Assembly: GCA_963776245.1 (NCBI GenBank)
Contig: CAVZLN010000009.1
Span: forward strand, 64,001 to 128,000
Source of the DNA: Candidatus Eiseniibacteriota bacterium
Lineage (GTDB): Bacteria > Eisenbacteria > RBG-16-71-46
Length of the DNA stretch: 64,000 nucleotides
Direction: 5' to 3'
Shown: in pieces, positions 39,024 to 48,740 of the stretch
How the letters are laid out: every line of letters begins with the position of its first letter
Numbering within the stretch: the stretch's first letter is position 1
Notes under the pieces: generated by a model
What the model was told of the DNA's origin: nothing
The model's database searches: none
Seen by the model: only the letters and a program-made list of their open reading frames with translations
Position numbers and translations under genes: made by a program

Positions 39024-39739
39024 GGGGTCCTCCACAGGGCCACGGCGGCGGCGGCGACCACCGCGGCCGCGGCGACCACGCCGAGGTCGGCGCGGGTCCA
39101 TTCGGCCCAGTGGCGGCAGCCGCACACGCGCCCCGAGTGGCCGCGCAGCTGCATCACCGCGACCAGGCGCTGGCTGCGCTCGAAACCGTACAGCACCAGC
39201 GTGCCGAGCCCCTCGCCCGCCAGCGTCAGCCGCCGGCGCGCGGGCGCGGCCGCGCCGCCGCGCAACCGCATCGCGCGCCACAGCCGCTCGATGCGGCCGA
39301 CCAGCTCGAACAGCGCGCGGTAGGTCAGGAACAATCCGTCCCCGGCGGCCCGCGGCAGCATCCGCGAGAGCGGCGCGAACAGGTCGGGGTAGGGCGTCGT
39401 GCCCACCAGCCAGACCGCGGTCAGGCTCGCGGTGACGGGACGCGCGAGCAGCCGCAGCGGCGTCTCCCAGGTGCCGTCCCACGCCCCGGACAGGAAGAGC
39501 ACCGAGAACAGCAACGGGTAGCCCGCGGCCGCCAGCACCAGCCGCAGCGACAGCCGGCTGGTGGCGGCGAGCGCGAGCGCGCACCCGAACAGCGCGCCCA
39601 GCAGCCGCAGCGATGGCGCGAACACCGCCAGCGCGATGAGCGCCGCGGCGAGCATCAGCTTGGCGAGCGCGCTGGCGCGGTGCCACAGCGTGCGCCCGGC
39701 GCTCGCGTACCAGTCGATCTGCGCGATGGTGTGGATCAT
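39020..39739 (-). CDS. cbiQ: ECF transporter T component
   Basis: Hydrophobic protein with two AMRLRG/VMQLRG coupling motifs. Confidence 0.8.
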   Translation of the reverse strand: MIHTIAQIDWYASAGRTLWHRASALAKLMLAAALIALAVFAPSLRLLGALFGCALALAATSRLSLRLVLAAAGYPLLFSVLFLSGAWDGTWETPLRLLARPVTASLTAVWLVGTTPYPDLFAPLSRMLPRAAGDGLFLTYRALFELVGRIERLWRAMRLRGGAAAPARRRLTLAGEGLGTLVLYGFERSQRLVAVMQLRGHSGRVCGCRHWAEWTRADLGVVAAAAVVAAAAVALWRTP

Positions 39740-40413
39740 GGGCGGCCTTCCGCCGGCGGCAGCAGGTCGGGCCGCACGCGCGCGAGGAAGCGCCCGATGC
39801 CGAGCGCCACCAGCGCCTCGATCGCGATGCCCAGCCCCCACAGCGGCACGGCGACGACGCCGAACAGCGCCGTGCGGCCGGCCTGCGCGGCGTGCCCCGC
39901 GTGGCCGGGCTCGGGCGAGAAGGCCGGGCTCACGCGCATCCCGACCGCGACCACCGCGAGCCACAGCAGCCCGGACACCGCCTGCGCGCCCGCGGTGGCC
40001 GCGGCCAGCGCGCCCGCCTGCGACAGTCGCCGCGCGCCGGCCCGGTAGAGCGGGCGCGCGAGCGCCGTGCCCGCGCCCAGCACCAGCGCGTTGAGACCGA
40101 TGACGGTGAACCCGCCGTGGCCGATGAACGCGAGGATGGTCACCGCGAGGAACACCACCTGATACCCGCCGGCGGCGCCCAGCAGCACGCCCAGCGGGCC
40201 GATGAGGCTGAGGTGGTACTCGAACGGCCCGAGCGGGATCTCCACCGCCATGGCCGCGAGCACCAGCGCGCCGAGCGCGCTCTGGTAGCCCACGCGCCGC
40301 GCGTCGCCCGCTCCGCCGCGCGCGCTCAGCATCAGCAGGAGCAGGGCCAGCGCGAGCCCCGGCACCCAGAGCGCCACCGGCAGGAGCCCGTCGGGAATGT
40401 GCAGGTGGGCCAT
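39736..40413 (-). CDS. cbiM: ECF substrate component, CbiM/NikM family
   Basis: HIPDG N-terminal motif, YHLSL, GHGGFTVIGLN. Confidence 0.85.
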   Translation of the reverse strand: MAHLHIPDGLLPVALWVPGLALALLLLMLSARGGAGDARRVGYQSALGALVLAAMAVEIPLGPFEYHLSLIGPLGVLLGAAGGYQVVFLAVTILAFIGHGGFTVIGLNALVLGAGTALARPLYRAGARRLSQAGALAAATAGAQAVSGLLWLAVVAVGMRVSPAFSPEPGHAGHAAQAGRTALFGVVAVPLWGLGIAIEALVALGIGRFLARVRPDLLPPAEGRP

Positions 40414-40414
40414 G

Positions 40415-41113
40415 TCACTGCGCCCAGGCGAGGGCGGCCGCGACCGGCTCGGCGCCCGCGGCCGCGAGCGCGTCGAGACCGGCTTCGAGGGTCGCGCCCG
40501 TGGTGACGACGTCGTCCACCAGCAGCACGCGCCGGCCCGCCACCGCGGACGCCCGCACGACCCGGAACGCGCCGGCGAGATTGCGCCGCCGCGCCCCCGA
40601 GCCGAGCCGCGATTGCGGCGGGGTCGAACGCACCCGCGCCAGCGCGCCCTCGAGTCGCGGCGCGCCGATCACCCGGGCGAGTTGGTCGGCGAGCAACGCC
40701 GCCTGGTCGTATCCCCGCTCGCGGCGGCGTGCCGGATGGAGCGGCACGCCGATCACCAGATCGGGAGCGAGCCCCGGCGGCAGCGCGGCGGCCAGGTCCC
40801 GAGCGAGCGCGGCCGCGAGCGCCGGGCGTTCCGCGAACTTGAACGCGTGCACCACCCGCGCGGCGCGCTCGTCGTACACCCACGCCGGCCACACCAGGTG
40901 CCCGGCGTGGCGCGTGCAGCCCACCGGCTCCCGCCCCCGCGCCAGGCAGTGCACGCACAGCGCGTACGAGAGCCGCGGGATCGCGGCGTGGCAGGCGGCG
41001 CACAGCAGCCACGCCGGATCGGCCTCGGCCCCGCATCCCGGACAGCGCTGCGGCAGGGCGAATCCCTCGAAGGCGCGCGGGAGCGCCGCGATCGCCTCTC
41101 GGAGCGCGGCCAT
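40415..41113 (-). CDS. comF: ComF-family zinc-ribbon phosphoribosyltransferase
   Basis: CPGC/CAAC/CVHC, VPLHPARRRERGYDQA, LLVDDVVTTGAT. Start uncertain. Confidence 0.85.
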   Translation of the reverse strand: MAALREAIAALPRAFEGFALPQRCPGCGAEADPAWLLCAACHAAIPRLSYALCVHCLARGREPVGCTRHAGHLVWPAWVYDERAARVVHAFKFAERPALAAALARDLAAALPPGLAPDLVIGVPLHPARRRERGYDQAALLADQLARVIGAPRLEGALARVRSTPPQSRLGSGARRRNLAGAFRVVRASAVAGRRVLLVDDVVTTGATLEAGLDALAAAGAEPVAAALAWAQ

Positions 41114-41133
41114 CGCGCCCGCGGCGGGCGCGC

Positions 41134-41934
41134 TCAACGCGGCCACCCCACCGCCCGCGCCAGCGGCTCGAGCGGCACCGGGCGCTCGCACCACAGCGCG
41201 AGCGAATGACGCGCCTGGTGCACCAGCAGGCCGAGTCCGTCGATGGCGTCGCGGCCGGCGGCTCGCAGACCGAGCACCCACGGCGTGAGCGCGGCGCCGT
41301 ACACCAGGTCCACGACCAGCGCGCCTCGCGGGATGCGCGCGGGAGCGCACGGCCCACCCGCGCCCGCGAGGGGCGTGGCGTTCACCACCACGTCGGCCGC
41401 GGCGAGCGCGTCACCCGCGGGTCCCGCGTCCCAGTCCACGATGGTCGCGCCGCCGATGCCCCCCCAGGCCGCGGCGGCCGCGGCCGGCCGGCGCGCCCAC
41501 ACCGACACCGACGCGCGCGCCGCGAGCAGGGACAGGCCGAGGCTGCGCGCGGCCCCGCCGGCACCCAGCAGCACCACGCGCGCGCCCTCGGGCGAGCGTC
41601 CGCGCTCGCGCAACAGGTCGACGAAGCCCGCGCCGTCGGTGGTCTCGCCGCGCGCGACGCCACCGTCGAAGCACACCGTGTTCACCGAGCGCGCGCGCGC
41701 GGCCGGCGCGGACACCGTCGCGAGGTGCGCGAGCGCGGCCTCCTTGAGCGGATGCGTGAGGTTCACGCCGCGGAAGCCGGCGGCCGCCAGTTCGCCGAGC
41801 GCCGTGCCGAGGCGCTCCGGCCGGACCCGGATCGCCTCGGACCGCCCCTCCAACCCGAGCGCCGCGAGGCCCGCGCGGTGCAGCTCGGGCGAACGCGTGA
41901 AGTCCAGCGGGTCGCCGAGCACCCCGAGGCGCAT
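41134..41934 (-). CDS. aroE: Shikimate dehydrogenase
   Basis: LGDP..TRSPELH, NLTHPLK, SVNT, TDGAG, GAGGAAR, NATP, DGLGLLVHQA. Confidence 0.88.
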   Translation of the reverse strand: MRLGVLGDPLDFTRSPELHRAGLAALGLEGRSEAIRVRPERLGTALGELAAAGFRGVNLTHPLKEAALAHLATVSAPAARARSVNTVCFDGGVARGETTDGAGFVDLLRERGRSPEGARVVLLGAGGAARSLGLSLLAARASVSVWARRPAAAAAAWGGIGGATIVDWDAGPAGDALAAADVVVNATPLAGAGGPCAPARIPRGALVVDLVYGAALTPWVLGLRAAGRDAIDGLGLLVHQARHSLALWCERPVPLEPLARAVGWPR

Positions 41935-41945
41935 CCCCCCAGCGC

Positions 41946-42728
41946 TCACCCCGACGCCCCGCGACGCAGACGCAGCAGCATGAGCGTCGCGAACAGGGTG
42001 AGCGCCAGGCTGGTGAGCTGGCTCTCGGTCACCGGCCAACCGTCCACGGTGGCGAGCACCGCCCCGGGCTCGTAGGCGCGCGTCAGATCGATCACGATCC
42101 GCAGCAGTCCGAACCCGGCGAGGAAGGACCACAGCAGCGTGCCCGGCACGCGCACCCGCCGGCGCACCCCCCAGGCGATGACGAACAGTCCCAGCCCGGC
42201 GAACGCGTTGTAGAGCTGCGAGGGGTGGACCGCGACCTGGCCGTAGTCGAGCCCGGCGAACGAGTCGGGCGGGAAGGTCACGCCCCACGGCATCCGGGTC
42301 GGGCGTCCGTAGCAGCACCCGTTGAGGAAGCAGCCGATGCGCCCGAACATGGTGCCGAGGGCGAGCGACGGGGTGAGCGCGTCGGCCACGGTCCACATCG
42401 GCAGCCGCAGCCGGCGCGCCGCCGCGAGTCCGGCCAGCGTGCCGCCGACGATGCCTCCGTATAGCGTCAGCCCCCCCTGCCAGAGCGCGAACACGCTGCC
42501 CCATTGGCGGCGGAAGTCCTCGAGATGCTCCATCACGTAGAGCAGGCGGGCGCCGAGCACCGAGGACAGCAGTGTGACCAGGATGACGGTGATCACCGCG
42601 TCCTCGTCGAGCGACAGGCGGCGCGCCTCGCGCAACGCCAGCCAGGTGCCGACCAGGAACGCGATGGCGAGCATGAGCCCGTACGACCGCACGTGCAGCA
42701 CGCCCCAGTCGAGGATCTCGGGATGCAC
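41946..42728 (-). CDS. lgt: Prolipoprotein diacylglyceryl transferase
   Basis: SYGLM, GARL, GGLTLYGG, GRIGCFLNGCCYG, HPSQLY. Confidence 0.92.
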   Translation of the reverse strand: MHPEILDWGVLHVRSYGLMLAIAFLVGTWLALREARRLSLDEDAVITVILVTLLSSVLGARLLYVMEHLEDFRRQWGSVFALWQGGLTLYGGIVGGTLAGLAAARRLRLPMWTVADALTPSLALGTMFGRIGCFLNGCCYGRPTRMPWGVTFPPDSFAGLDYGQVAVHPSQLYNAFAGLGLFVIAWGVRRRVRVPGTLLWSFLAGFGLLRIVIDLTRAYEPGAVLATVDGWPVTESQLTSLALTLFATLMLLRLRRGASG

Positions 42729-42732
42729 GGGG

Positions 42733-43959
42733 TCAGAACTCCCGGCGCCGCAGCGCCACGTTCTGGAGCAGGCCGAGCTGGACCCCGTTGACGATGAGCG
42801 CGGTGCCGCCATACGACAGCAGGGGCAGCGGCAACCCGGTCACGGGGGCCCAGCCGATGGTCATGAGCATGTTCACCATCACATGGTAGAAGAGCGCCGA
42901 CACCAGACCCAGGGCCATCAGGCTCGCGAACGCGCCGCGCGCCACCACCGCGAGGCGCAACCCGCGCAGGATGATGACAACGTAGAGTAGCATCACGGTC
43001 AACGACCCGATGAAGCCGAGCTCCTCGCCCACCACCGAGTAGATGAAGTCGGTGTGGCGCATCGGGAGGAACGCGAGCGCCTTCTGCGTGCCCTTGAGAT
43101 AGCCCTTCCCCAGCATCCCGCCCGATCCGATCGCGATCCGCGACTGGATGATCTGGTAGCCCGAGCCGTAGGGATCGTGGTCGGGGTTGAGGAAGGTCTC
43201 GATGCGGCGCTTCTGATAGTCCTCGAGATGATTCCAGATCCGCGGCATCGAGGCCCCCACCGCGACGTTGAGCAGGATCATCACCGCGAGCATCGGCAGG
43301 CGCGGGCGCGCCAGCGCGACCAGGCCGACGAACAGCCCGGCGAACCACCACAGCGAGCCGGTGATGAAGAACAGCGCCACGTTGAACACCGGCGCGAGCC
43401 CGAGCAGCAGATTGCCGAGCGGCATGCCGGCCCAGAAGTACATCGCCACCAGGATGACCGGGAACGAGACCGAGGTGCCGAGATCGGGCTCACGCGCCAC
43501 CAGCACGAACGGCACCAGCACGAGGAACAGGGGCGGCAGCCAGTGACGCATCCGCCGCAGGTCGAGCTTGGGATCGTCGAAGCGCCGTGCCAGCAGCACC
43601 ACCGTGGCGATCTTCGCCACCTCCGAGGGCTGGAACTTGAGCGGCCCGATCTCGAGCCAGCGCTTGGCGCCCATCGCGCTGTGGCCAGCGACCAGCACCA
43701 GCACGAGCATGAGCAGCGACACTCCGTAGAGCGGCCACGCCAGCGCGTCGTACACCCGCAGCGGCACCGCGGCCGCGGCCCACGCCGCCACCAGCGCCAC
43801 GCCCGCCCACAGCAGCTGGCGCGTCCACAGCCCCTCGTGCGCGCCCGGCACCGAGGTGGCGCTGAACACCATGGCCAGCCCGATCGCGACCAGTCCGATC
43901 GCGGCCAGCGCGAGGGGCACGTCGAGGGGCGGAACGCGGAGTCGCAGCCTAATCGGCAA
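42733..43959 (-). CDS. rodA: Rod shape-determining SEDS protein RodA
   Basis: GAKRW, FQPSE, EPDLGT, IGSGG, HTDFI, GEELG, TGLPLPLLSYGG. Confidence 0.95.
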   Translation of the reverse strand: MPIRLRLRVPPLDVPLALAAIGLVAIGLAMVFSATSVPGAHEGLWTRQLLWAGVALVAAWAAAAVPLRVYDALAWPLYGVSLLMLVLVLVAGHSAMGAKRWLEIGPLKFQPSEVAKIATVVLLARRFDDPKLDLRRMRHWLPPLFLVLVPFVLVAREPDLGTSVSFPVILVAMYFWAGMPLGNLLLGLAPVFNVALFFITGSLWWFAGLFVGLVALARPRLPMLAVMILLNVAVGASMPRIWNHLEDYQKRRIETFLNPDHDPYGSGYQIIQSRIAIGSGGMLGKGYLKGTQKALAFLPMRHTDFIYSVVGEELGFIGSLTVMLLYVVIILRGLRLAVVARGAFASLMALGLVSALFYHVMVNMLMTIGWAPVTGLPLPLLSYGGTALIVNGVQLGLLQNVALRRREF

Positions 43960-45823
43960 CCGTGTCTCCCGTGGTGTCGGCCGGGGTCTTCACCGCCGCG
44001 GCCGGGCGCGGCCGGAACATCGCCGCCTGGACCGAGTCGGGCAGCAGCATGCGCGCGAGCACGCGGGCCGCGCGCGGCGCGGCCACGCTGCCGCCGTGAC
44101 CGCTGTTCTCCACCACCATCGCGATGACGACGCGCGGATCCTCGACCGGCGCGTAGCACACGAACAGCGCGTGGTCCTTCCCGTGCGGATTCTGCGCCGT
44201 GCCGGTCTTGCCCGCCACCCGCACCCCCGGCAGCCTCGCGGCGGTCCCGGTGCCGGTCTGGATCACGCGCTCGAGCGCGTCGTGCACCGCGCTCCACACC
44301 TCCGGCGCCGCCTCGACGCCGCCGGGGGGCGGCCGCTGGACATGGAACTCGCGCGACCCGCCCACGCCCTTGACGATATGCGGCCTCAGCGCATGCCCGC
44401 CGTTCGCGGTCTCGGCGACCATCAGCGCCAGCTGCAGCGGGGTCAGCAGCAGCTCGCCCTGGCCGATGGCGAGATTGAGCATCAGGCCCTTCCTCCACTT
44501 CCCCTTGCCCCAGCGCCGGTCGTACCACTCCGCGTCCGGGATGAGGCCGCGCCGTTCCTCGGGCAGGTCCACGCCGGTCTTCTCGCCCAGTCCGAAGTCG
44601 CGCGCCGTGCGCGACAGCTCGTCGAGCCCGAGCCGGAGCCCGATCTGATAGAAGTAGATGTCGCAGGAGTGCTGGAGGGCGCCGATGAAGTCGAGCGAGC
44701 CGTGCCCGCGGGGATTCCAGCACCCGAACGACCGCCCGCCGAACTGGAAGTGCCCGGTGCACGGCGCCATCTTCGTATCGGGGCGCGCGATCCCGCTGCG
44801 CAGGGCGGCCACCATGGTGACGATCTTGAAGGTCGAGCCGGGCGGATAGACGCCCTGGATCGCGCGGTCGAGCAGCGGGTTCGAGCCCCCGCTCGACAGC
44901 TCCTCCCAGCGCTCGCGCGACAGACCGGTGGAGAACTCGTTGGGGTCGAAGGTCGGCCGGCTCACCAGCGCGAGGATCCCGCCGTCGCGCGGGTCGAGCA
45001 CCACCGCGGCGCCGCGCTCCACGTCCCCCATCGCCTCCTCGAGCGCGCGCTGCGCCTTGAGATCGAGCGTGAGAGTGAGATTGAGCCCGGGCACCGGCGG
45101 CCGCGGCGGCCCCTCGGTGAGCGTGGACACGCGCCGGCCCATCGCGTTGACCACCACGAACTCGGCGCCATCCACCCCGCGCAGCAGTTCCTCGTAGGAG
45201 CGCTCGACGCCGCTGCGGCCGATCAGGTCGCCCGATCGGTAACCGAGCGCCTCACGGGTCACCAGCTCGCGATCGTTGATCTCCCCGGCATAGCCGAGCA
45301 GGTGCGCCGCCAGCGTGCCGTTCGGATAGCGGCGGATGGGCTCGACCTGCACCTCGAGGCCGGGGAGGTCGCCCCGCACCTCCTCGACCGCGGCCAGCAC
45401 CTCGAACGGGGCGTTCCGCCGCAGCACCCCGGACTGGCCGGAAGCGTTGGCCACCGCCACGCAACGCCGGACCTGCGCCGAGTCGATCCGGGTGATCCCG
45501 CTCACCTGCGCGATCCACGCCGCGCTGCCCGACTCCGCGATCCGGTGCGCGCTCTCGGCCGGGAACGGGCGGAACAGGATGGTGAACGAGGGCGCGCTGT
45601 CGGCGAGCAGCCCGCCGTTGCGGTCGAAGATCGCCCCGCGGGGAGCGCGCAGCACCTCGAGGCGGACGCGGTTCTCCTTCGAGAGCTCGCCGTACTTGTC
45701 GTGACCCACCACCTGCAGCCGGAGCAGGCCGAGCACCACGAGCGCGAAACCCGCCCCCGCCAGCGCGGCGAGCAGCCGGAAGCGCCCCTCCCTAAGCGGA
45801 CGGACGCGGACCGGCAGCAGCAT
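43949..45823 (-). CDS. mrdA: Penicillin-binding protein 2
   Basis: APRGAIFDRNG, PPGSTFK, SCDIYFY, GKTGTAQ. Confidence 0.95.
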   Translation of the reverse strand: MLLPVRVRPLREGRFRLLAALAGAGFALVVLGLLRLQVVGHDKYGELSKENRVRLEVLRAPRGAIFDRNGGLLADSAPSFTILFRPFPAESAHRIAESGSAAWIAQVSGITRIDSAQVRRCVAVANASGQSGVLRRNAPFEVLAAVEEVRGDLPGLEVQVEPIRRYPNGTLAAHLLGYAGEINDRELVTREALGYRSGDLIGRSGVERSYEELLRGVDGAEFVVVNAMGRRVSTLTEGPPRPPVPGLNLTLTLDLKAQRALEEAMGDVERGAAVVLDPRDGGILALVSRPTFDPNEFSTGLSRERWEELSSGGSNPLLDRAIQGVYPPGSTFKIVTMVAALRSGIARPDTKMAPCTGHFQFGGRSFGCWNPRGHGSLDFIGALQHSCDIYFYQIGLRLGLDELSRTARDFGLGEKTGVDLPEERRGLIPDAEWYDRRWGKGKWRKGLMLNLAIGQGELLLTPLQLALMVAETANGGHALRPHIVKGVGGSREFHVQRPPPGGVEAAPEVWSAVHDALERVIQTGTGTAARLPGVRVAGKTGTAQNPHGKDHALFVCYAPVEDPRVVIAMVVENSGHGGSVAAPRAARVLARMLLPDSVQAAMFRPRPAAAVKTPADTTGDTVAD

Positions 45824-46304
45824 GGCCGAACAGCGGTTGCCCGCCGAGCTGGCGGACCAGCCCGAGCAGTGCGGTGCCCGCGATGGCGCTCACGGCCGCG
45901 GCCAGCGCGATCCGTCCCGCCAGCAGCGGGACCGCCGCCAGCCCGCGCGACTCGAACATCGCGACCCACGCCTGGTGCGCCAGGGTGGCGAGGAAGAACA
46001 GCACCAGCTGGGTCCGCGCGCTGTCGCGCACCACGGTGCGCCTCAGGCGTCCGGCGACGTAGCCCACCAGCGCCAGCGCCAGCGCGTGGCGCCCGAGCCA
46101 GTGGGCCGCGTCGAGATCCGCGAACAGCCCGAGGACCAGGCCGAACGTGGAGCCCCAGGACTCGCCGTGGCGCAGGGCCCACAGCACGGTGACGAACGCC
46201 AGCACGTCGAGGACGACGCCGCGCGCGGCCAGCGTCGAGAGCGCGGTCGAGCGCAGCAACAGCGCGACGAACGCCAGGGTGAGCAGCGAGGCCAGCGCTC
46301 TCAC
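45792..46304 (-). CDS. mreD: Rod shape-determining protein MreD
   Basis: Small hydrophobic protein (FGLVLGLFAD) between mreC and mrdA. Confidence 0.8.
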   Translation of the reverse strand: MRALASLLTLAFVALLLRSTALSTLAARGVVLDVLAFVTVLWALRHGESWGSTFGLVLGLFADLDAAHWLGRHALALALVGYVAGRLRRTVVRDSARTQLVLFFLATLAHQAWVAMFESRGLAAVPLLAGRIALAAAVSAIAGTALLGLVRQLGGQPLFGHAAAGPRPSA

Positions 46305-47110
46305 GGCGCGCCCCGTGCGCGCGCCGGACGCAGCAGCACGAAGGCGTGCCGGATCCTCGACAGACGCGCCGCCGGGTCCACCTCGATGTCCTGGGTGAGT
46401 CCGCTGGGGTCGGGCCGCGCGCGCACCACGCGCCCGACCGGCAGCCCGCGCGGATAGCGCATGGTGAGCCCCGACGTGAGCACGCGCTGGCCCGCGCGCA
46501 CGGTATCCGAGAGCGGCACGCCGGTGAGCACCAGGCGCGGGTGGGGCGAGGTGGCCGCGCGCAGCACCCCGAGCACGCTGGTGCTCTCGACCTCGCACGC
46601 GACCGCCGAGTTGGGATCGGTGAGCAGCACCACGCGCGCGAGGGTCGGCCACACCTCGCCGACGCGCCCGAGCAGGCCCTCGCGCGTCACCACCACGTCG
46701 CCCTCCTGGACACCCTGCCTCCGTCCGGCGCTCACCGTGGCCGCGAGCGGCTGGGCGTCGCCCGCCAGCGCCAGCACCTCGACCGGCCGCAGGATGGCAC
46801 CCGGCGGCACCGGGAGGCCGAGACTGTCGCGCAGGCGGAGGTTCTCGACCCCGGCCACCCGCAACCGCTGGTTCTCGATCTCGAGCTGGGCGATGCGCAG
46901 GTGGAGCTGCTGGTTCTCGCGCCAGGCCGCGGCCATGCGATCGGCGGAGAGCACCAGGCGGTCGAACGGCGCGAACACCCACGCCCCGGCGCCTCGCAGC
47001 GCACCCTGCGGGATGTGCTCGCCCGCCACCAGCAGGACCAGCGAGAGCGTCGCGTAGGCACCCAGGAGGACGCCGCTGCGGCGCTCCGCCGGCGGCAGGA
47101 AGCCTCCCAT
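46301..47110 (-). CDS. mreC: Rod shape-determining protein MreC
   Basis: Coiled coil ENQ..ENLRLR, GLLGRV, VLTSG..YPRGLPVGRV. Confidence 0.9.
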   Translation of the reverse strand: MGGFLPPAERRSGVLLGAYATLSLVLLVAGEHIPQGALRGAGAWVFAPFDRLVLSADRMAAAWRENQQLHLRIAQLEIENQRLRVAGVENLRLRDSLGLPVPPGAILRPVEVLALAGDAQPLAATVSAGRRQGVQEGDVVVTREGLLGRVGEVWPTLARVVLLTDPNSAVACEVESTSVLGVLRAATSPHPRLVLTGVPLSDTVRAGQRVLTSGLTMRYPRGLPVGRVVRARPDPSGLTQDIEVDPAARLSRIRHAFVLLRPARARGAP

Positions 47111-47114
47111 GCGC

Positions 47115-48152
47115 TCAGTCCCGGCGCCCGCTCACCAGCACCTTCTCGAAGTCCTCGGGGTGCTCGAGGATCTTGCCCGCTCCGAGCACGACCGAGGTGA
47201 GCGGGTCCTGGGCGATACGGATGTTGAGATTGGTGACCTCGCGCAGCAGCAGGTCCAGGCCGCGCAGCAGCGCGCCTCCCCCGGTCAGGAAGATCCCGCG
47301 GTCGACGATGTCCGCGGCGAGCTCCGGCGGGGTGCGCTCGAGGCATTCGCGCAGCGCGTTGACGATCGCCCCCACCGGTTCCTGGAGCGCCTCGCGGATC
47401 TCCACGCTCGAGACGCGCAGCGTGCGCGGGATCCCGCGCACCAGGTCGCGCCCCTTGATCTCCATGTCCATCTCCTCGGGCAGCGGGAACGCCGAGCCGA
47501 TCTCGATCTTGATGCGCTCCGCGGTCTGCTCGCCGATCATCATGTTGTACGCCTTCTTGGCGTAGTTGACGATCGCCTCGTCCATCTCGTCTCCGCCGAT
47601 GCGGATCGAGGTCTTGGTGACGATGCCATTGAGCGCGATGACCGCGATCTCGGTGGTGCCGCCGCCGATGTCCACCACCATGTTGCCGGTGGGCGTGTCG
47701 ACCGGGAGCCCGACGCCGATGGCGGCGGCGATGGGCTCGGGCACCAGCATCACCTCGCGCGCGCCCGCCCGCACGGCGGAGTCGTTCACCGCGCGCCGCT
47801 CGACCTCGGTGATGCCCGAGGGCACGCAGATGATGATGCGCGGGCGCACCAGGAACTTGTGCTTCTGGACCCGGTGCACGAACTCGCGCAGCAGGTCCTC
47901 GGTGATCTCGAAGTCGGCGATGACGCCGTCCTTCAATGGCCGCACCGCGTTGATCTCGTCCGGGGTGCGCCCGAGCATGAGCTTGGCCTCGGAGCCCACG
48001 GCGAGCACCTTGCCCGTGGCCTTGTCCACCGCCACCACGGAGGGCTCGTTGAGGACGATACCGCGGCCCTTCACGAACACCAGGGTGTTCGCGGTGCCGA
48101 GATCCATGGCGACGTCGGTGGAGAAGAAGCCCATCAGGCTGTCGAGGAACAT
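47115..48152 (-). CDS. mreB: Actin-like rod shape protein MreB
   Basis: [34 protein letters not shown]. Confidence 0.97.
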   Translation of the reverse strand: MFLDSLMGFFSTDVAMDLGTANTLVFVKGRGIVLNEPSVVAVDKATGKVLAVGSEAKLMLGRTPDEINAVRPLKDGVIADFEITEDLLREFVHRVQKHKFLVRPRIIICVPSGITEVERRAVNDSAVRAGAREVMLVPEPIAAAIGVGLPVDTPTGNMVVDIGGGTTEIAVIALNGIVTKTSIRIGGDEMDEAIVNYAKKAYNMMIGEQTAERIKIEIGSAFPLPEEMDMEIKGRDLVRGIPRTLRVSSVEIREALQEPVGAIVNALRECLERTPPELAADIVDRGIFLTGGGALLRGLDLLLREVTNLNIRIAQDPLTSVVLGAGKILEHPEDFEKVLVSGRRD

Positions 48153-48740
48153 CCCTGCCCTCCGGCTGGGTTCTGGAGCGAGGGTCGTCGGAGTGTCACG
48201 AATGGCGACGCCGGCTGGGGAGGTGAAGCAGGGTGTCGGGCTCGGGCATCCCTGCCCGCCGGGCGGCTGCACGCTAGCATCGGAAAGCGGGATGCCGCAA
48301 GGCGTTCGTCCCGCGCATCCGCCTCCGGCGCGGGCCGGGCCCTCGCCCGCCCAGCCGCGGCGCCCTCCCGGTGGAGTGGCGGCAGCCGTCGGCGGCGACG
48401 ACGATTCCTCCGGCCGACGGCATCGCGGAGGCGCCCGCGCGGTCCCCGCGCGCTCGCACCGGCCATGGTTCGCGCGTCTGGTGAGCGATGGCGCGGTCCT
48501 TGCGCCTTACCAGGTTTGCCGGTGGGGTCCGTGCCTTCCCGGCAACTCGAAGGTCGGGTGCCGTCAGGCTCTCCCGGCACCCGCGGCGCGGCGCTCTTCC
48601 TCCAGGGGGCGCCGTCGTCCTTTGCGGGCGCAGTCCGGCGCGCGGCGGGGTATCACGGAGGTGGCGCTGCCGTTGACCGCGTTTTGGCGCCGGTGCTAGC
48701 CTGTCGACTCGATGATTCCGGCCCCTCGCGAGCCTGCACG

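Noticed and set aside
48495..48525. c-di-GMP-I riboswitch-like GGCAAACC..CGCAA on the minus strand
   Set aside because: No GNRA-capped P2 stem or receptor helix is visible.
47109..48740. N-terminal 544 aa of the 1257-aa ORF
   Set aside because: Antisense to mreB plus intergenic DNA. The real start is at 48741, supported by the signal peptide and promoter.
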